Positions 62,701 to 64,000 of a stretch of DNA of 64,000 nt are shown piece by piece. Numbering within the stretch: position 1 is the first letter of the stretch; each line of letters opens with the position of its first letter. A model generated the notes under the pieces. It was not told where the DNA came from and did no database searches. It worked only from the letters and a program-made list of their open reading frames with translations. The position numbers and the translations under genes were made by a program. Origin of the DNA: an uncultured Alphaproteobacteria bacterium. GTDB lineage: Bacteria > Pseudomonadota > Alphaproteobacteria > Rs-D84. The stretch is taken from the NCBI GenBank assembly GCA_944389515.1, contig CALXMQ010000001.1, positions 7,079-71,078 on the forward strand. Reading direction: 5' to 3'.

Positions 62701-64000
62701 ATGCTGAAAAAGTTATTGGTTTTAGTGGCTTTGATGGTGCCGATGGTTGTGTATGGCGCAGATAAATCCAAAGATGATGAACCTGTGGAACATTTAACAG
62801 ATGAACAAATTTATGAACAGTTGAAAAAATTGGCATTGGTGTTCGAAACCGCGCGCGATAATTTCGTAGAAGAAGCGGACGAGAAAAAAATGTTAGAAGC
62901 CGCAATGAACGGTATGTTACAGGCCTTGGATCCGCATTCTTCGTATTTGTCGGCAGATGATTTCAAGGAATTTAATGATAAATCATTGGGTGAATTTGGT
63001 GGGTTGGGAATCCAGATTACCAGTGATCGTGGCGCAGTACGGGTTATTTCGCCGATTGATGATACACCTGCGGACAAGGCTGGTATCAAGGCAGGGGATT
63101 ATATCACGCATATTGATGATGAACCAGTGTTTGATTTGACTTTGAATCAGGCGACTAAAAAGATGAAGGGACGGCCGGGAACCAAGGTTAAATTGACTGT
63201 TATATCCGAAGGACAAGAACCGCGCACAATTACATTAAAACGTGCAATTATCAAGGTCGAATCTGTAAAATATGAAGAAAAAACAATGGCTGGGATGGAA
63301 GATGACGAAGATGCCGATAAAATCGGATATATTCGTATATCTGATTTTGGGGCAACAACAGCCAAAGAGTTAAATAAAGCGCTGGAAAAATTGGAAGACA
63401 AGGGCGTAATCGGTTACGTTTTGGATGTACGGAATAATCCAGGGGGGTATTTAACAGCAGCGATTGATGTATCAGATGCATTTTTGGATGCAGGGGAAAT
63501 TGTTTCTACACGTGGAAAACGTAAAACAGATATAGAACGCAATTTTGCAAAGCCAGGTGATTTGGCCAATGGCAAGCCTGTGGTGGTGTTGATAAATCAT
63601 GGGTCGGCGTCTGCGTCTGAAATTGTGGCTGGGGCATTACAGGATAATGGACGTGCGTTGGTTATGGGGTCGCAATCATTTGGCAAGGGCAGTGTTCAAC
63701 AGCAAAAACCATTGGGGGATGGTACCGCGATTCATATTACGATTGCGCGTTATTATACACCGTCTGGGCGTTCAATTCAAAACGAGGGGATTACCCCGGA
63801 TATAGAAGTCTTGCAAAGCAAGGTAGAAGTTTTGGAACGTCGTGAAAGCCTGTATTCCGAAGCGTCGTTCAAAAACGCATTGAAAAATGAAGAGGCTGAT
63901 AAGAAAAATAAAGATAAATCTGATGACGAAGATACAGAATTGACAGATGCAGAAAAAGATGCGCTGGATTATCAATTACAGCGCGCAATGGATATGGTTC
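62701..64000 (+). CDS. ctpA: Carboxy-terminal processing (S41) peptidase, 3' end beyond the window
   Basis: Absent from the ORF track (no stop in the window). I checked that the frame is open from ATG 62701 to 64000. Signal peptide MLKKLLVLVALMVPMVVYG, PDZ region (GLGIQITSDRGAVRVISPIDDTPADKAGIKAGDYI), catalytic GSASASEIVAGALQD and FGKGSVQ. Confidence 0.9.
   Translation, partial: MLKKLLVLVALMVPMVVYGADKSKDDEPVEHLTDEQIYEQLKKLALVFETARDNFVEEADEKKMLEAAMNGMLQALDPHSSYLSADDFKEFNDKSLGEFGGLGIQITSDRGAVRVISPIDDTPADKAGIKAGDYITHIDDEPVFDLTLNQATKKMKGRPGTKVKLTVISEGQEPRTITLKRAIIKVESVKYEEKTMAGMEDDEDADKIGYIRISDFGATTAKELNKALEKLEDKGVIGYVLDVRNNPGGYLTAAIDVSDAFLDAGEIVSTRGKRKTDIERNFAKPGDLANGKPVVVLINHGSASASEIVAGALQDNGRALVMGSQSFGKGSVQQQKPLGDGTAIHITIARYYTPSGRSIQNEGITPDIEVLQSKVEVLERRESLYSEASFKNALKNEEADKKNKDKSDDEDTELTDAEKDALDYQLQRAMDMV

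Noticed and set aside
1-64000. CRISPR arrays, rRNA genes, IS elements or transposases, prophage or conjugation genes, classical defence islands
   Set aside because: No direct-repeat/spacer arrays, transposase-like or integrase-like ORFs (other than the small serine recombinase), or phage structural genes were seen in any frame. The accessory content here is the Cys-rich secretome rather than mobile DNA.

Overview
AT-rich bacterial chromosomal segment, probably alphaproteobacterial. That placement is inference from a CcrM-type N6-adenine methyltransferase with its C-terminal domain, CTTG-N18-CTATATAT heat-shock-type promoters and a yfhM-pbpC pair. The backbone is ordinary housekeeping: infA, rpsF-rpsR-rplI, recO, pgk, rnhB, nrdR, ccrM, clpP-clpX, rpmB, clpB, rpsU, polA, pth, rpsB-tsf, tyrS, ctpA, tRNA-Leu(CAA), tRNA-Ala(UGC) and tRNA-Leu(AAG). 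Three things are not ordinary. (1) At least 11 genes scattered between the housekeeping genes encode signal-peptide-bearing, cysteine-rich proteins of two families. Four are large paralogs (up to 1108 aa) sharing C-x3-Y-x2-C-M-D-x-F-C...C-x-C-S. Seven are smaller proteins sharing a C-terminal C-Y-I-P...G-x-Y-x-F...C module and CxxCP / GYY repeats. (2) These genes carry two classes of multi-copy 5' regulatory cassettes. One is a ~170-nt riboswitch-like leader with terminator/antiterminator logic, present three times with compensatory base changes in every helix; one copy precedes an XRE regulator. The other is a ~165-190-bp near-identical promoter-plus-leader cassette, also present three times, with a palindromic operator over the -35 box, U-tract hairpins and a conserved 31-codon uORF. 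I could not match either to a known RNA family, so together they are the best candidate here for an undescribed regulon or system. (3) Smaller oddities: an S8 protease autotransporter split by a frameshift in a C7 tract next to an orphan serine recombinase; a Fic protein with the catalytic His replaced, paired with an APH-type kinase and inserted between an envC-like gene and ctpA; a MotA/MotB-like pair with a long coiled-coil B subunit; a ClpB lacking the N-domain; a tRNA-Leu with an A34 anticodon; and a GC-rich hairpin island. No CRISPR array, IS element, prophage or rRNA was seen. All homology calls are by eye from the translations; no searches were run.
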